Assembly: GCA_002010215.1 (NCBI GenBank)
Contig: MTMY01000007.1
Location: 1 to 64,000 of the forward strand
Reading direction: 5' to 3'
Length of the DNA: 64,000 nt
Source: Archaeoglobus sp. JdFR-37
GTDB taxonomy: Archaea > Halobacteriota > Archaeoglobi > Archaeoglobales > Archaeoglobaceae
This document shows positions 10,016 to 18,975 of this stretch, one piece after another. The translations under genes and the position numbers were made by a program. The stretch's first letter is position 1. Every line of letters starts with the position of its first letter. The notes beneath the pieces were generated by a model that saw only the letters and a program-made list of their open reading frames with translations, was not told the origin of the DNA and searched no databases.

Positions 10016-11214
10016 GGAACTCTGACGAAGTACTCTTTAAAACCTTCGTGCCCTTCGTGCCCTTCTAGCTTCTGCAGTCTAATCTCTCCAAAATCTATTC
10101 TGCGAATATTTTCTCCAATCCTTGTTACTATCGCAATTTCCTTTTTCTCAAAATCTATGGATTCAAGCAGCCCCATTCCTAGGTATTTGTCTCCATATAG
10201 TCCAACCAGGAGGCCTTTAAGCTCTTCAATGGACACAAAATTTACTTCTTGGACTTCAAAGATCTCGCAAAGGCTTTTAATCACGTTCGGCGAGGGCTTC
10301 TGAGGCGTTGAAGTGAAGACATTCAGAAAATCATATCCTCGTTCAGCATAAACAACAGAGTCAATAATCCCTTCCAGATTTATTTCTTCTCCGCTGAAAA
10401 GAGAAGTGTTTCCCAGTTTGACTTCCCCGGCCTCTCCAGCCTTGAAGACTCTTATGAAGCTGTCATTCAACTTCTCCCTGTATATCTCCCCCCGAATTTC
10501 ACATCTCAGCTCTCTGCTCCTCCTTTTCACCACGAATGACTCAACCTGTATTGTGTTAAAATCGTCCAAGTAATATGGTATATCCCCAAAGCATGCAATT
10601 ACTTCAGGTTCAAGAATCTCCAATTTTGCAAGCTTGTAGTCTCTCGCCTTCCTTCCTCTCACCCAGCCAGTGGAGTCAAAGATTGCTTTGTCACCTCTTC
10701 TCAAGTTCTTCAGTTTTGAAATGGCCTTCAGGCACAGACTTTCCCTTCCTGCAGGAGAAATGCTACCGATGAAATATCCATCATGCATCTGGAGCTGAGA
10801 GATGTGGAGAACTCTGTTGTTTGTGAAAGCGTATCCCATAGCACCGGGATGTGCAATGTCGCTTTGCCCTATATCAAAATCGAAGACATCTTTGCTTCCA
10901 TCCATCCTGTTTACAAGGAAAGTGGCAAGGCTACTCTTTCCACTGTCCACGTCTCCGAAAATGAAGATGCTGTTGAAGTCTGACTTCGCCAGTTCCTCCC
11001 AGCTCTCCGGAATGGTGGAACCGTTGAGCCGGATGTAGTTACCTGAAATTCTGATAAGTGATTTTTCCAGAATTAAAATTGGGACGATTCTGCCCTTTGG
11101 AACCCTTAGCCTCTCCACGGAACAGCCAAACACCTCTGCTCTACCCTCTATCTCAACATTGGCCTTGCCTTCCACAAGAAGGGTTGAATTGGGAGTCTCT
11201 TCAAACTCCGTCAT
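10012..11214 (-). CDS. Clp1/Grc3 family polynucleotide 5'-kinase
   Basis: GDVDSGKSS P-loop, DIGQSD, DSTGW motifs. Confidence 0.85.
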   Translation of the reverse strand: MTEFEETPNSTLLVEGKANVEIEGRAEVFGCSVERLRVPKGRIVPILILEKSLIRISGNYIRLNGSTIPESWEELAKSDFNSIFIFGDVDSGKSSLATFLVNRMDGSKDVFDFDIGQSDIAHPGAMGYAFTNNRVLHISQLQMHDGYFIGSISPAGRESLCLKAISKLKNLRRGDKAIFDSTGWVRGRKARDYKLAKLEILEPEVIACFGDIPYYLDDFNTIQVESFVVKRRSRELRCEIRGEIYREKLNDSFIRVFKAGEAGEVKLGNTSLFSGEEINLEGIIDSVVYAERGYDFLNVFTSTPQKPSPNVIKSLCEIFEVQEVNFVSIEELKGLLVGLYGDKYLGMGLLESIDFEKKEIAIVTRIGENIRRIDFGEIRLQKLEGHEGHEGFKEYFVRVP

Positions 11215-12077
11215 TGCTCCATCTGGATCATTACTCTCCTTAACTCTGGCTGGGCATCCATCAACTTGGTCAGGTTATAATCACCCATTATGGAGATGCT
11301 TAGACCGTCCATGTTCTTTACATAATTGTAGGCGGTCTGATTCCCTCTTATGAAGAAAACATTTGGCTCGGTGAAGTGCATGGCAACGACTTTTTCGTAA
11401 TAACTGCCGTTCATGCGGTAGGCAACGGCATAGAAGTCCACGGAGACATTTCCAGACAGTATATTCTTCAACACATCTCCTTTGAATACCAGCATGAATT
11501 CAGCATAGCCTATCTGCGATGTGTAATTGATTATGTCATTGGTCTTTTTGCCTTCGTACACGTCTATAGCGTCGAGAACAGCTGGATATGTCCCTAGCAA
11601 AATCGGAGAAGTCTGGAAAACAGCAGCATATGGGCCATTGACACGAACTTCAAACCCATTATAATTTTCCTTGTCAGTGTAGGTGAAATAGGCTTTTTTT
11701 CTGCCGATATCTATCATGTAAAGAGTGTTACCGTCTGTGTAGTTGTACGATACCACCATTTCTCTGATAGATGCACCAGATGAGAGGGTAAAGTGCCTGA
11801 AAACTTGATCTTTAAATACATTTTTCAGGTAGGCGTTTGCGAGAATCATGAGGCTTGAATTTGGTGTGAAATTGAAATAAATAATCTCATCTCCACCTGT
11901 ATACTTCAACAGCTCGGTTCCATCTCCCAGCTCAGCTTTTATCTCTCTTCCTGGAGAAGTGCCACCTCTGAAAGCGTAAGCGAGAACTGAACCAAGCATG
12001 ATCAGTGCTAGAAGGAATGCGAGAAGTCTTGCTGATTTGTTCTGCATTCTGTCCACCATGCCTCTCCCTACAACCAC
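11211..12077 (-). CDS. Exported/membrane-anchored hypothetical protein
   Basis: N-terminal hydrophobic helix (LLAFLLALIMLGSVLAY) and many N-x-S/T sequons; true start probably a downstream ATG. Confidence 0.75.
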   Translation of the reverse strand: MVVGRGMVDRMQNKSARLLAFLLALIMLGSVLAYAFRGGTSPGREIKAELGDGTELLKYTGGDEIIYFNFTPNSSLMILANAYLKNVFKDQVFRHFTLSSGASIREMVVSYNYTDGNTLYMIDIGRKKAYFTYTDKENYNGFEVRVNGPYAAVFQTSPILLGTYPAVLDAIDVYEGKKTNDIINYTSQIGYAEFMLVFKGDVLKNILSGNVSVDFYAVAYRMNGSYYEKVVAMHFTEPNVFFIRGNQTAYNYVKNMDGLSISIMGDYNLTKLMDAQPELRRVMIQMEQ

Positions 12078-12242
12078 TGGTAAATAAAATTTGTCTGTAT
12101 TCTAGCAGAAGTGACCGAAGTGATTAGATGATGACATCAACCTGGCACGGATTAATCTCTATATTGAGGGTTGAGGTAAAATTGTGGGTATGGGCCGGTA
12201 AGGGTCAAATCACCAGTCATTGATCTCATGGAGGGTTTAATT

Positions 12243-12452
12243 TCATGGAAGGTTATCCTCACCTCTGAGCTCCGAAACCCTATCCTGCAGCATCCCGTTT
12301 ATTTCCTCGAAAATTCTCTTCACCCTTCCCACGTCTAATCCCATTTCCAGAGCTAAGCTGTTAACTTCAACCAGATCAAAAAGTTTCGCACCACTCCTCT
12401 CCACTCTTTCATCCAACGCTTTCTTCAGCAGGTTCAGGAATTCCTCTTCCAT
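12243..12452 (-). CDS. Small hypothetical protein
   Basis: 69-aa ORF with host-like composition. Confidence 0.55.
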   Translation of the reverse strand: MEEEFLNLLKKALDERVERSGAKLFDLVEVNSLALEMGLDVGRVKRIFEEINGMLQDRVSELRGEDNLP

Positions 12453-12573
12453 ATATGCATGTTGGACTACGACATAGTTATTGATTTCGAATTAGTTTTT
12501 CGTATTGGATTCCAAAGTCCAAAAAGCGCAAAAATTATATCCTGAATCCCGCAGCATCTTCGGAGGTGTTATC

Positions 12574-12744
12574 ATGCCAGCTGTGGTTGATGCTGAAAAA
12601 TGCACTGCATGTGGGACATGCGTAGATGAATGTCCTGTTGGTGCCATCGAGCTTGAGGATGTGGCTGTAGTAGATGCAGACGCATGTACTGAGTGTGGTA
12701 CATGCGTTGATGTCTGCCCAAGCGACGCCATAACCCTCGAGTAA
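12574..12744 (+). CDS. 2[4Fe-4S] ferredoxin
   Basis: Two CxxCxxCxxxCP motifs; GGAGGTG SD before ATG 12574. Confidence 0.96.
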   Translation: MPAVVDAEKCTACGTCVDECPVGAIELEDVAVVDADACTECGTCVDVCPSDAITLE

Positions 12745-12818
12745 TTCTTTTTTCCACTACATCTTTTTTTCACCACAAATTTTTTAATTGGCTGACGTAA
12801 TTTTTTGGGGGAGACTTC

Positions 12819-13454
12819 ATGGGAATCATACTCAGTCTGAAAAAGAGGTTCGGGTTTATTTTCAGGTGGATATTCAAGAAAGACAAAATGCGTATCGGTA
12901 TTTACGGCCCACCGAATGCTGGGAAAACGACACTGGCAAACAGAATTCTCAGGGACTGGACGGGCGATGTTATAGGCTCGGCAAGCGAAATCCCTCATGA
13001 GACGAGAAGGGCGAGGCTGAGGGAAGGTGTAAAGATCGAGGTTGACGGGAAAAGCCTGACCCTTGACATCGTTGATACTCCAGGGCTGGCAACGAAAATA
13101 GACTTCCACGATTTTCTAAAATTTGGTCTGACTGAGGAGGAAGCGAAAAGGAGAGCGAAAGAGGCCACTGAGGGTGTTATAGAGGCAATAAAGTGGTTAG
13201 ATGACCTTGATGGCATACTGCTGGTTATGGACTCAACAGAGGACCCGTACACCCAGGTGAACGTTACGATAGTAGGGAACATCGAAGCGAGGAACCTGCC
13301 TCTGCTGATAGTCGCCAATAAAATTGACCTTCCAAATGCATCGCCAGCCAGAATAAAAGCAGCATTTCCACAGCATCCCGTTGTCCCCATTTCTGCACTG
13401 AAGGGTCTGAATATAGACAGCCTATACAAAGCCATGGCTGAGAGGTTCGGGTGA
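12819..13454 (+). CDS. oapA: Small Era-like GTPase OapA/ArvA
   Basis: [34 protein letters not shown]; followed by the two usual partner genes. Confidence 0.9.
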   Translation: MGIILSLKKRFGFIFRWIFKKDKMRIGIYGPPNAGKTTLANRILRDWTGDVIGSASEIPHETRRARLREGVKIEVDGKSLTLDIVDTPGLATKIDFHDFLKFGLTEEEAKRRAKEATEGVIEAIKWLDDLDGILLVMDSTEDPYTQVNVTIVGNIEARNLPLLIVANKIDLPNASPARIKAAFPQHPVVPISALKGLNIDSLYKAMAERFG

Positions 13455-13813
13455 TGGGGATGGAGGGGGTTCAGCTTAATCTGATATCCAAGGAAAGGCT
13501 GGACAAAATGCCTTCCATGGAGAAGTTGAGGATGATTCTGGACAGTGTGAAAGAGGGCAAAATAGTGGTGCTGGAAAGCGGTTTGACGCCGGAAGAAGAG
13601 GCAAAGCTCATCGAGCTCACAATGCTCGAAATAGACCACGAAAATTTTGTGGGGATAGAGGTGGAGTCTTACCCCCACAGGGAGAAATCACTCTTCAGCA
13701 GGATATTTGGCAAGAAAGGAGGGAGGTTGACAGTTATCGGGCCTGCCAATCGACTGAAAACACTTTCCAAGCAGGAGGATTTAATAACTGCTCTGGTTCA
13801 GCTTGGTGAATAG
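13451..13813 (+). CDS. oapB: OapB/ArvB (DUF2073) protein
   Basis: [32 protein letters not shown]. Confidence 0.88.
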   Translation: MMGMEGVQLNLISKERLDKMPSMEKLRMILDSVKEGKIVVLESGLTPEEEAKLIELTMLEIDHENFVGIEVESYPHREKSLFSRIFGKKGGRLTVIGPANRLKTLSKQEDLITALVQLGE

Positions 13814-13890
13814 ATGGTAGTAGTCGGGAGGAGCTGGGAGGAGTTAGGAGGAGTTGTTTAGGGAGAGAATTAAAATTTTGGTGAAAAATA

Positions 13891-14208
13891 ATGCCTCATC
13901 AATGCACGAAATGCGGAAAGGAGTATGCAGACGGAGATGTTCGCATACTCAGCGGATGCGAGTGCGGGAACAACAGGTTTCTCTACGTTCCCAAGGTTAA
14001 GAGGGAAAGAGAGGAGCAGGTAGAGGAGATCAAGGAGCAGCTTTCAGAGATGGGGATTGAAAGCGTCAAGATTCTGGCTCCGGGTATGTATGAGATAAAT
14101 CTAGAGAGAATTCTCGAGCGGGATGAGATTGTTATTGCGCTGCAGGAGGATGGGAGATACGTCATCCACCTCCCCTCTCTTTTGAGGAGAAGGAAGGAAA
14201 AAAGGTAG
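13891..14208 (+). CDS. oapC: OapC/ArvC (DUF2072) Zn-ribbon protein
   Basis: MPHQCTKCG...GCECG; IESVKI..PG.YEINL; EDGRYVI. Confidence 0.88.
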   Translation: MPHQCTKCGKEYADGDVRILSGCECGNNRFLYVPKVKREREEQVEEIKEQLSEMGIESVKILAPGMYEINLERILERDEIVIALQEDGRYVIHLPSLLRRRKEKR

Positions 14209-14292
14209 AGAGGGAGGATGAATCTGTGCTCGGTAGAGCCTGAACCACAACGAATTTCACTCTTTCTACAGTCCTCCACTTATCTTTTAGGA

Positions 14293-14526
14293 CTAATTTT
14301 TAAGCCCCCTCACCCCCAATCCTAAAAGCTTCACAATTTTATCAATCATCAAATACTCCTTCAGATAAACTCTATAATCCATTCTACCATTCACTTCAAT
14401 CACACCAATCCTCTTTAACCCCCTCAGATGGTGATGGACGGGATTCAAATCCATATTCAGGGCTGAAGGTACGTCTTTAGAAGTCATGCTTCCATTTCTG
14501 TTAAGCAATTCAACTATTTTCCTCAC
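14293..14526 (-). CDS. Small winged-helix protein (possibly remnant)
   Basis: VHHHLRGLKRIGVIE HTH-like pattern; overlaps the stop of the HxlR gene. Confidence 0.5.
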   Translation of the reverse strand: MRKIVELLNRNGSMTSKDVPSALNMDLNPVHHHLRGLKRIGVIEVNGRMDYRVYLKEYLMIDKIVKLLGLGVRGLKN

Positions 14527-14879
14527 CCACCCCTCTCAGATGCCCACTCCATCAAAGGTCTCATGGCATCTCTTAATTCAACCCCATTCTGAGTCAGTGA
14601 ATATTCCACCCTTGGTGGTATTTCTGGAAAAACTTCTCTGTTGATTAGTCCAACCTCTTCTAATTCCTTCAGTCGATCTGTCAGTGTTTTGGGGCTTATG
14701 GCTCCCAGATTCTTCATAATTTCTCCAAACCTCAATTTTTTGTGATTACCTATTGTGGCAATGATTTGAAGTGCCCATTTTTTACTGATGACGTTTATAA
14801 TACCCTCGGTTGGGCATAAACAGACCTCATTTCTTTCTTTACTTGTGCCGAGACAGTGAATTCTACTTTCATCTTCCAT
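14523..14879 (-). CDS. HxlR-family transcriptional regulator
   Basis: CP...ISKKW, ISPKTLTDRLKELE, PPRVEYSLT. Confidence 0.93.
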   Translation of the reverse strand: MEDESRIHCLGTSKERNEVCLCPTEGIINVISKKWALQIIATIGNHKKLRFGEIMKNLGAISPKTLTDRLKELEEVGLINREVFPEIPPRVEYSLTQNGVELRDAMRPLMEWASERGG

Positions 14880-14984
14880 AGCAAGTCACTTTTTCTTTAC
14901 TTCCTATATTACTATAAACTTGATAATTTAAATACTTTATTATTAATAACTACTACGGAGTATAAAGTTTTGGAGGATGAAAAA

Positions 14985-15182
14985 ATGTGTGAAGAATGCA
15001 TTACACCACAGCCCCGCAGAAAAATTAGGTCTCCATATTGTGGGTGTGGCTGTTTGGCAATCAGGCGATTTCTGACGCCAGAGGAAAAGATAGAGATGCT
15101 AGAGGACTATAGAAAGCAGTTACAAAAAGAGATTACAGGTGTAGGAAAAGCGATTGAGGAAATAAAACGAGAGATGAAATGA
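14985..15182 (+). CDS. Small Cys-rich coiled-coil protein (DUF5320-like)
   Basis: GGAGG SD; MCEEC...CGCGC...RRFLTPEEKIEMLEDY..QL.KEI. Confidence 0.75.
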   Translation: MCEECITPQPRRKIRSPYCGCGCLAIRRFLTPEEKIEMLEDYRKQLQKEITGVGKAIEEIKREMK

Positions 15183-15192
15183 TGTTGGTATT

Positions 15193-15222
15193 GGGTGGAG
15201 TTTACGCTCTATCCTATTTTTT
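15193..15222 (+). terminator. Putative terminator hairpin with T-tract
   Basis: GGGTGGAG-tttacg-CTCTATCC (with G-U pairs) followed by a T-run just after the stop codon. Confidence 0.35.
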
Positions 15223-15503
15223 GGTGATGAGGAGTGGGGAAGGTGTTTGAGGGTGTTTGAAGGTTATTATCCAACAAGAGGGTAAAAATGAATGTAAGTA
15301 ATTCACCTAACTACGAAATGGTCACATCTATTAGCGACTGCTGTATGCTATGATTACAATACACGTCGGCCGCAATAAGATTATTGCACCGAAATTGGAG
15401 CAAATGGCAACCCAGAAGTCATCAAGTACTTTATTCCTAAAAACCGTGACTTCCCACACCATCATGGAATACTTTTTATACCCACTTTGTGACCCCTTTC
15501 CGA

Positions 15504-15950
15504 ATGAAGGTGGCTCTTGGCGGAACCTTCGAACCGCTGCACGAAGGGCACAAGAAGCTGATTGATATTGCAATCCAGCTGGGCGGGAAAGACATAACCA
15601 TCGGCATAACTAGCGATGAAATGGCTAGGATGCGAATAAGGAGCGTTCTACCTTTCGAAATAAGGGCTGAGAATGTGAGGCAGTATGTTAAGAGGAAATA
15701 CGGCTTTGAGCCGCAGATAGTTAAGATCACCAATCCCTTTGGAAAAACTCTTGAGAGAGATTTTGAATACCTCGTTGTCTCTCCTGAAACCTGTGAAATG
15801 GCCATGAAGATAAATGAGAAAAGGAGAGAGCTTGGAAAGAAGGAGATAAAAATTGTGAAGGTTGACTTCGTTCTTGCCGAAGACGGCAAGCCCATCTCTG
15901 CTACCAGAATAAAGAAGGGAGAAATAGATCGGTACGGAAGGCTAATATGA
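15504..15950 (+). CDS. coaD: Phosphopantetheine adenylyltransferase (archaeal)
   Basis: GGTFEPLHEGH, VVSPET, PISATRI. Confidence 0.93.
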   Translation: MKVALGGTFEPLHEGHKKLIDIAIQLGGKDITIGITSDEMARMRIRSVLPFEIRAENVRQYVKRKYGFEPQIVKITNPFGKTLERDFEYLVVSPETCEMAMKINEKRRELGKKEIKIVKVDFVLAEDGKPISATRIKKGEIDRYGRLI

Positions 15951-16477
15951 AGGTCGTGAGAGTCGTTGTGGGCTCCACAAACCCCACCAAAATTGAGGGG
16001 GTAAAAAAGGCTTTTCTGCAGTATTTTGGCAGTGTTGAGGTTGCTGGAAAGGAAGTTGATAGTAACGTCTCTTCCCAGCCCTTTGATGATGAAGTAATTA
16101 GAGGAGCCATTAACAGGGCGAAAGCTGCCTACAGCAGCGAATATGACTTTTCCGTAGGAATTGAGGCAGGTCTATTCAGAATGAAGAGCACTATAACTGG
16201 ATTTATTGACTTTCAGGTCGCTGCAATTTTTGATGGGGAAAAGATCAGCATAGGCTTCGGACCTGGGTTTGAGTATCCGCCTCAAGTCGTACAGAGCGTT
16301 CTGAAGGGCAAGGAAGTTGGAGATGTCATGGATGAAATCACAGGTATCAAAGACTTGGGAGAGAAATTCGGAGCAATTTACGTCTTGACGAATGGTATTA
16401 TTTCTAGAAGCGAGCTCTCCAGAATTGCAGTAACCATGGCTCTTATCCCATTCCTCAACAGCCATGACTACTTTTAG
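15947..16477 (+). CDS. yjjX: Inosine/xanthosine triphosphatase (YjjX family)
   Basis: GSTNPTK, GAINRA, GIEAG, GAI..LT. Confidence 0.92.
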   Translation: MKVVRVVVGSTNPTKIEGVKKAFLQYFGSVEVAGKEVDSNVSSQPFDDEVIRGAINRAKAAYSSEYDFSVGIEAGLFRMKSTITGFIDFQVAAIFDGEKISIGFGPGFEYPPQVVQSVLKGKEVGDVMDEITGIKDLGEKFGAIYVLTNGIISRSELSRIAVTMALIPFLNSHDYF

Positions 16478-17318
16478 CGTCATAACTCCCTTTGACCCTT
16501 GGAAGGGGAAGCTCTGCACATGCCAGCAAAAGTACTCATTCAATCCTTACACTGGATGCATGCATGGCTGCCTTTACTGCTATGCAACTTACATCCCAAA
16601 CTTCTACCGATTGAGATTGAAAGAGAGATTGCTGATAAGGCTGGAGAAAGACCTGAAAAAGCTGCCTGAGAATTCGGTCATCTCCATGTCCAACAGTAGC
16701 GATCCATATCCACCCGTGGAAAAGCAGCTTGGAATTACCAGGAAATGCTTGGAACTCATAAAGGAACACGATTTTCCGCTGCTAGTCATCACGAAAAGCG
16801 ATATTGTAGCTAGGGATGCAAAGTTGCTTTCCGAGATGAAATGCGCTGTGAGCATAACCGTGACGGGTTTCCGTAACGCTGGGATAATCGAGCCGGGAGC
16901 ACCAGCAGCGGAAAGAAGAATTGAGGCTTTGAAGGCTATGGCAGAACATGACATTTCCACAATTTTGAGGTTTGACCCCATTATTCCCTTCATCAACGAA
17001 GATGAAGTGGAAGAAGTTTTATCGAAATGTGACTTTGTTGACCAGGTTGTCTCATCAACTCTGAAGCTCAGGAAAGACTCATTCAAAAGGCTATCCAGCA
17101 CCTTTCCTGACTTGACCCCAAAATTCAGGGAACTTTACTTTATCAGGGGTGAGAAGATTGGAAATTCTTTCTACCTTCCTGTAGAGCTGAGAAAACAGTT
17201 GTTGGGGAGGATTGCACAAATCTGCGATAACATGGGAGTTCCCTACTCCTTCTGCAGAGAAGGTTTTAAATTTAAAGCAAGAAGTTGTGATGGTAAAGAC
17301 TTGATAAATTATTCATAA
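16464..17318 (+). CDS. Radical SAM protein (spore-photoproduct-lyase-like clade)
   Basis: NPYTGCMHGCLYCY, SDPYPP, TKS, RFDP. Confidence 0.9.
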   Translation: MTTFSVITPFDPWKGKLCTCQQKYSFNPYTGCMHGCLYCYATYIPNFYRLRLKERLLIRLEKDLKKLPENSVISMSNSSDPYPPVEKQLGITRKCLELIKEHDFPLLVITKSDIVARDAKLLSEMKCAVSITVTGFRNAGIIEPGAPAAERRIEALKAMAEHDISTILRFDPIIPFINEDEVEEVLSKCDFVDQVVSSTLKLRKDSFKRLSSTFPDLTPKFRELYFIRGEKIGNSFYLPVELRKQLLGRIAQICDNMGVPYSFCREGFKFKARSCDGKDLINYS

Positions 17319-17391
17319 AAAACAAGATATTTTTATTAAATGAATCATATGGAAAGATTTATTAAGAAAAAATGTCATCATAATAATCGGG

Positions 17392-18975
17392 ATGAGGGTT
17401 ATTGGCAAGTACTACAGACTTCTCGACAAGTACCTTCCAGAAGGGGATGTAACTCTTATTGAAGAATATGGAATGATTGAGGATGAAGAGCTTGTTGAAG
17501 ATTACTGGATTTACAGGCCCTTTGTCAGGGCTGAGATTGTAAAAATTCTAGATTCAGAAGAATTGAGATACAGAGTCATGGAACCAACCCTCACGGTTGA
17601 AGAATTCGGTGTGCTTGAGGAACTTTATAAGGACATAGGAGATGTTTTGATTCTCAAAGACCTCACTATAGAGATTGAAGCAAAAGAGAAAATTCTTCTT
17701 TCAACTTTTAAGGATTTAATTGGCGAATACGGCATCGAACTCGATCTTATATTGCAATGCAAATATGTCTATTATCTTTTCAGAGATTTCCTTGGTTTTG
17801 GACCTATAGATGCTGTGCTGAACGATCCATATGTTGAGGACATACACTGCGATGGTTACGACATTCCCATTTACCTCAACCACAAAAAGTACGGGAATAT
17901 TGCAACGGACATTAGATTCAGCGAGGAGGAGCTCGACAAGTATGTCCAAGCTCTGGTTCAGATGAGCGGGAAGCATGTGAGCCATGGTAATCCAATTATC
18001 GATGCAACCCTGCCTGATGGGAGTAGGCTTCAGGCAACTTATGGTATTGAAGTTACGCCTCGTGGCTCTTCATTCACCATAAGAAAGTTCACAGAAGAGC
18101 CTCTCACACCTGTGGATCTGATAAGGTTCGGCACCTACACTGCAGAACAGCTGGCGTATTTCTGGCTTGTTGTAGAACACAAGCTCAACCTGATGGTGGT
18201 TGGTGAAACAGCCGCTGGAAAAACAACAACGCTTAACGCCATCCTGATGTTCCTGCCCCCGGAAGCGAAGGTGGTGTCAATAGAGGATACCAGAGAGATA
18301 GCCCTCAAACATGAAAACTGGATTGCCGGAGTTACGAGAGAAGCAGTAACGGGAGATGAAAGGGAAATAAGTATGTATGACCTGCTGAGGGCCGCTCTGA
18401 GACAGCGACCGGACTACATCGTGGTTGGTGAAGTAAGGGGTAAGGAAGCCCAAACACTTTTCCAGGCCATGTCCACCGGGCATGCAGCCTATGCAACACT
18501 TCATGCTGGAGACATCCACCAGACAATTTACAGGCTTGAGACTGAACCGCTGAACGTGCCAAGAAGCCTGATACAGTTCTTGGACGTCATTTCCATTCAG
18601 ACCCAGTGGACTAGAGAGGGGATAAGGAAGAGGAGGGCAAAAAGTGTTTATGAGATACTTGGCATAGATCCTAATGACAAGAATCTCCTGATAAATGAGG
18701 TTTATCGCTGGAACCCTTACACTGATGAGCACTATCCACTCAATCCGCTGAAAAAGCTTGAGAAAATCTCGATCATTAGGGGAGAAGATGTGGGCCAGAC
18801 CATGGAGGAGCTAAACAGGCGTGCAGAATTTCTGGAATTTCTGAACAAGCTCGACATCAGAGATCTCAGAAATGTTACTTCCATGATTCACGCCTATTAT
18901 CGTAACCCCTATGAGTCTTTTGATGTAATCATTAAAGAGGGCAGGAAATATGAGAAGGCTGAAGCAAAAGCCTGA
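17392..18975 (+). CDS. Type IV pilus/type II secretion assembly ATPase (PilB/ArlI/VirB11 family)
   Basis: GETAAGKTT, IEDTRE, LRQRPDYIVVGEVRG, TGH..ATLHA. Confidence 0.95.
   Translation: MRVIGKYYRLLDKYLPEGDVTLIEEYGMIEDEELVEDYWIYRPFVRAEIVKILDSEELRYRVMEPTLTVEEFGVLEELYKDIGDVLILKDLTIEIEAKEKILLSTFKDLIGEYGIELDLILQCKYVYYLFRDFLGFGPIDAVLNDPYVEDIHCDGYDIPIYLNHKKYGNIATDIRFSEEELDKYVQALVQMSGKHVSHGNPIIDATLPDGSRLQATYGIEVTPRGSSFTIRKFTEEPLTPVDLIRFGTYTAEQLAYFWLVVEHKLNLMVVGETAAGKTTTLNAILMFLPPEAKVVSIEDTREIALKHENWIAGVTREAVTGDEREISMYDLLRAALRQRPDYIVVGEVRGKEAQTLFQAMSTGHAAYATLHAGDIHQTIYRLETEPLNVPRSLIQFLDVISIQTQWTREGIRKRRAKSVYEILGIDPNDKNLLINEVYRWNPYTDEHYPLNPLKKLEKISIIRGEDVGQTMEELNRRAEFLEFLNKLDIRDLRNVTSMIHAYYRNPYESFDVIIKEGRKYEKAEAKA

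Noticed and set aside
12110..12240. Possible C/D box sRNA (ATGATGA near 12128)
   Set aside because: No CTGA D box or convincing D'/C' pair at the expected spacing, and no target could be verified
13820..13870. GGAGGAG-type triple repeat between oapB and oapC
   Set aside because: Low-complexity purine tract; does not align with the 32-bp repeat family
15331..15573. Short ORFs upstream of coaD on both strands
   Set aside because: No motifs, overlap coaD, no SD; unsupported
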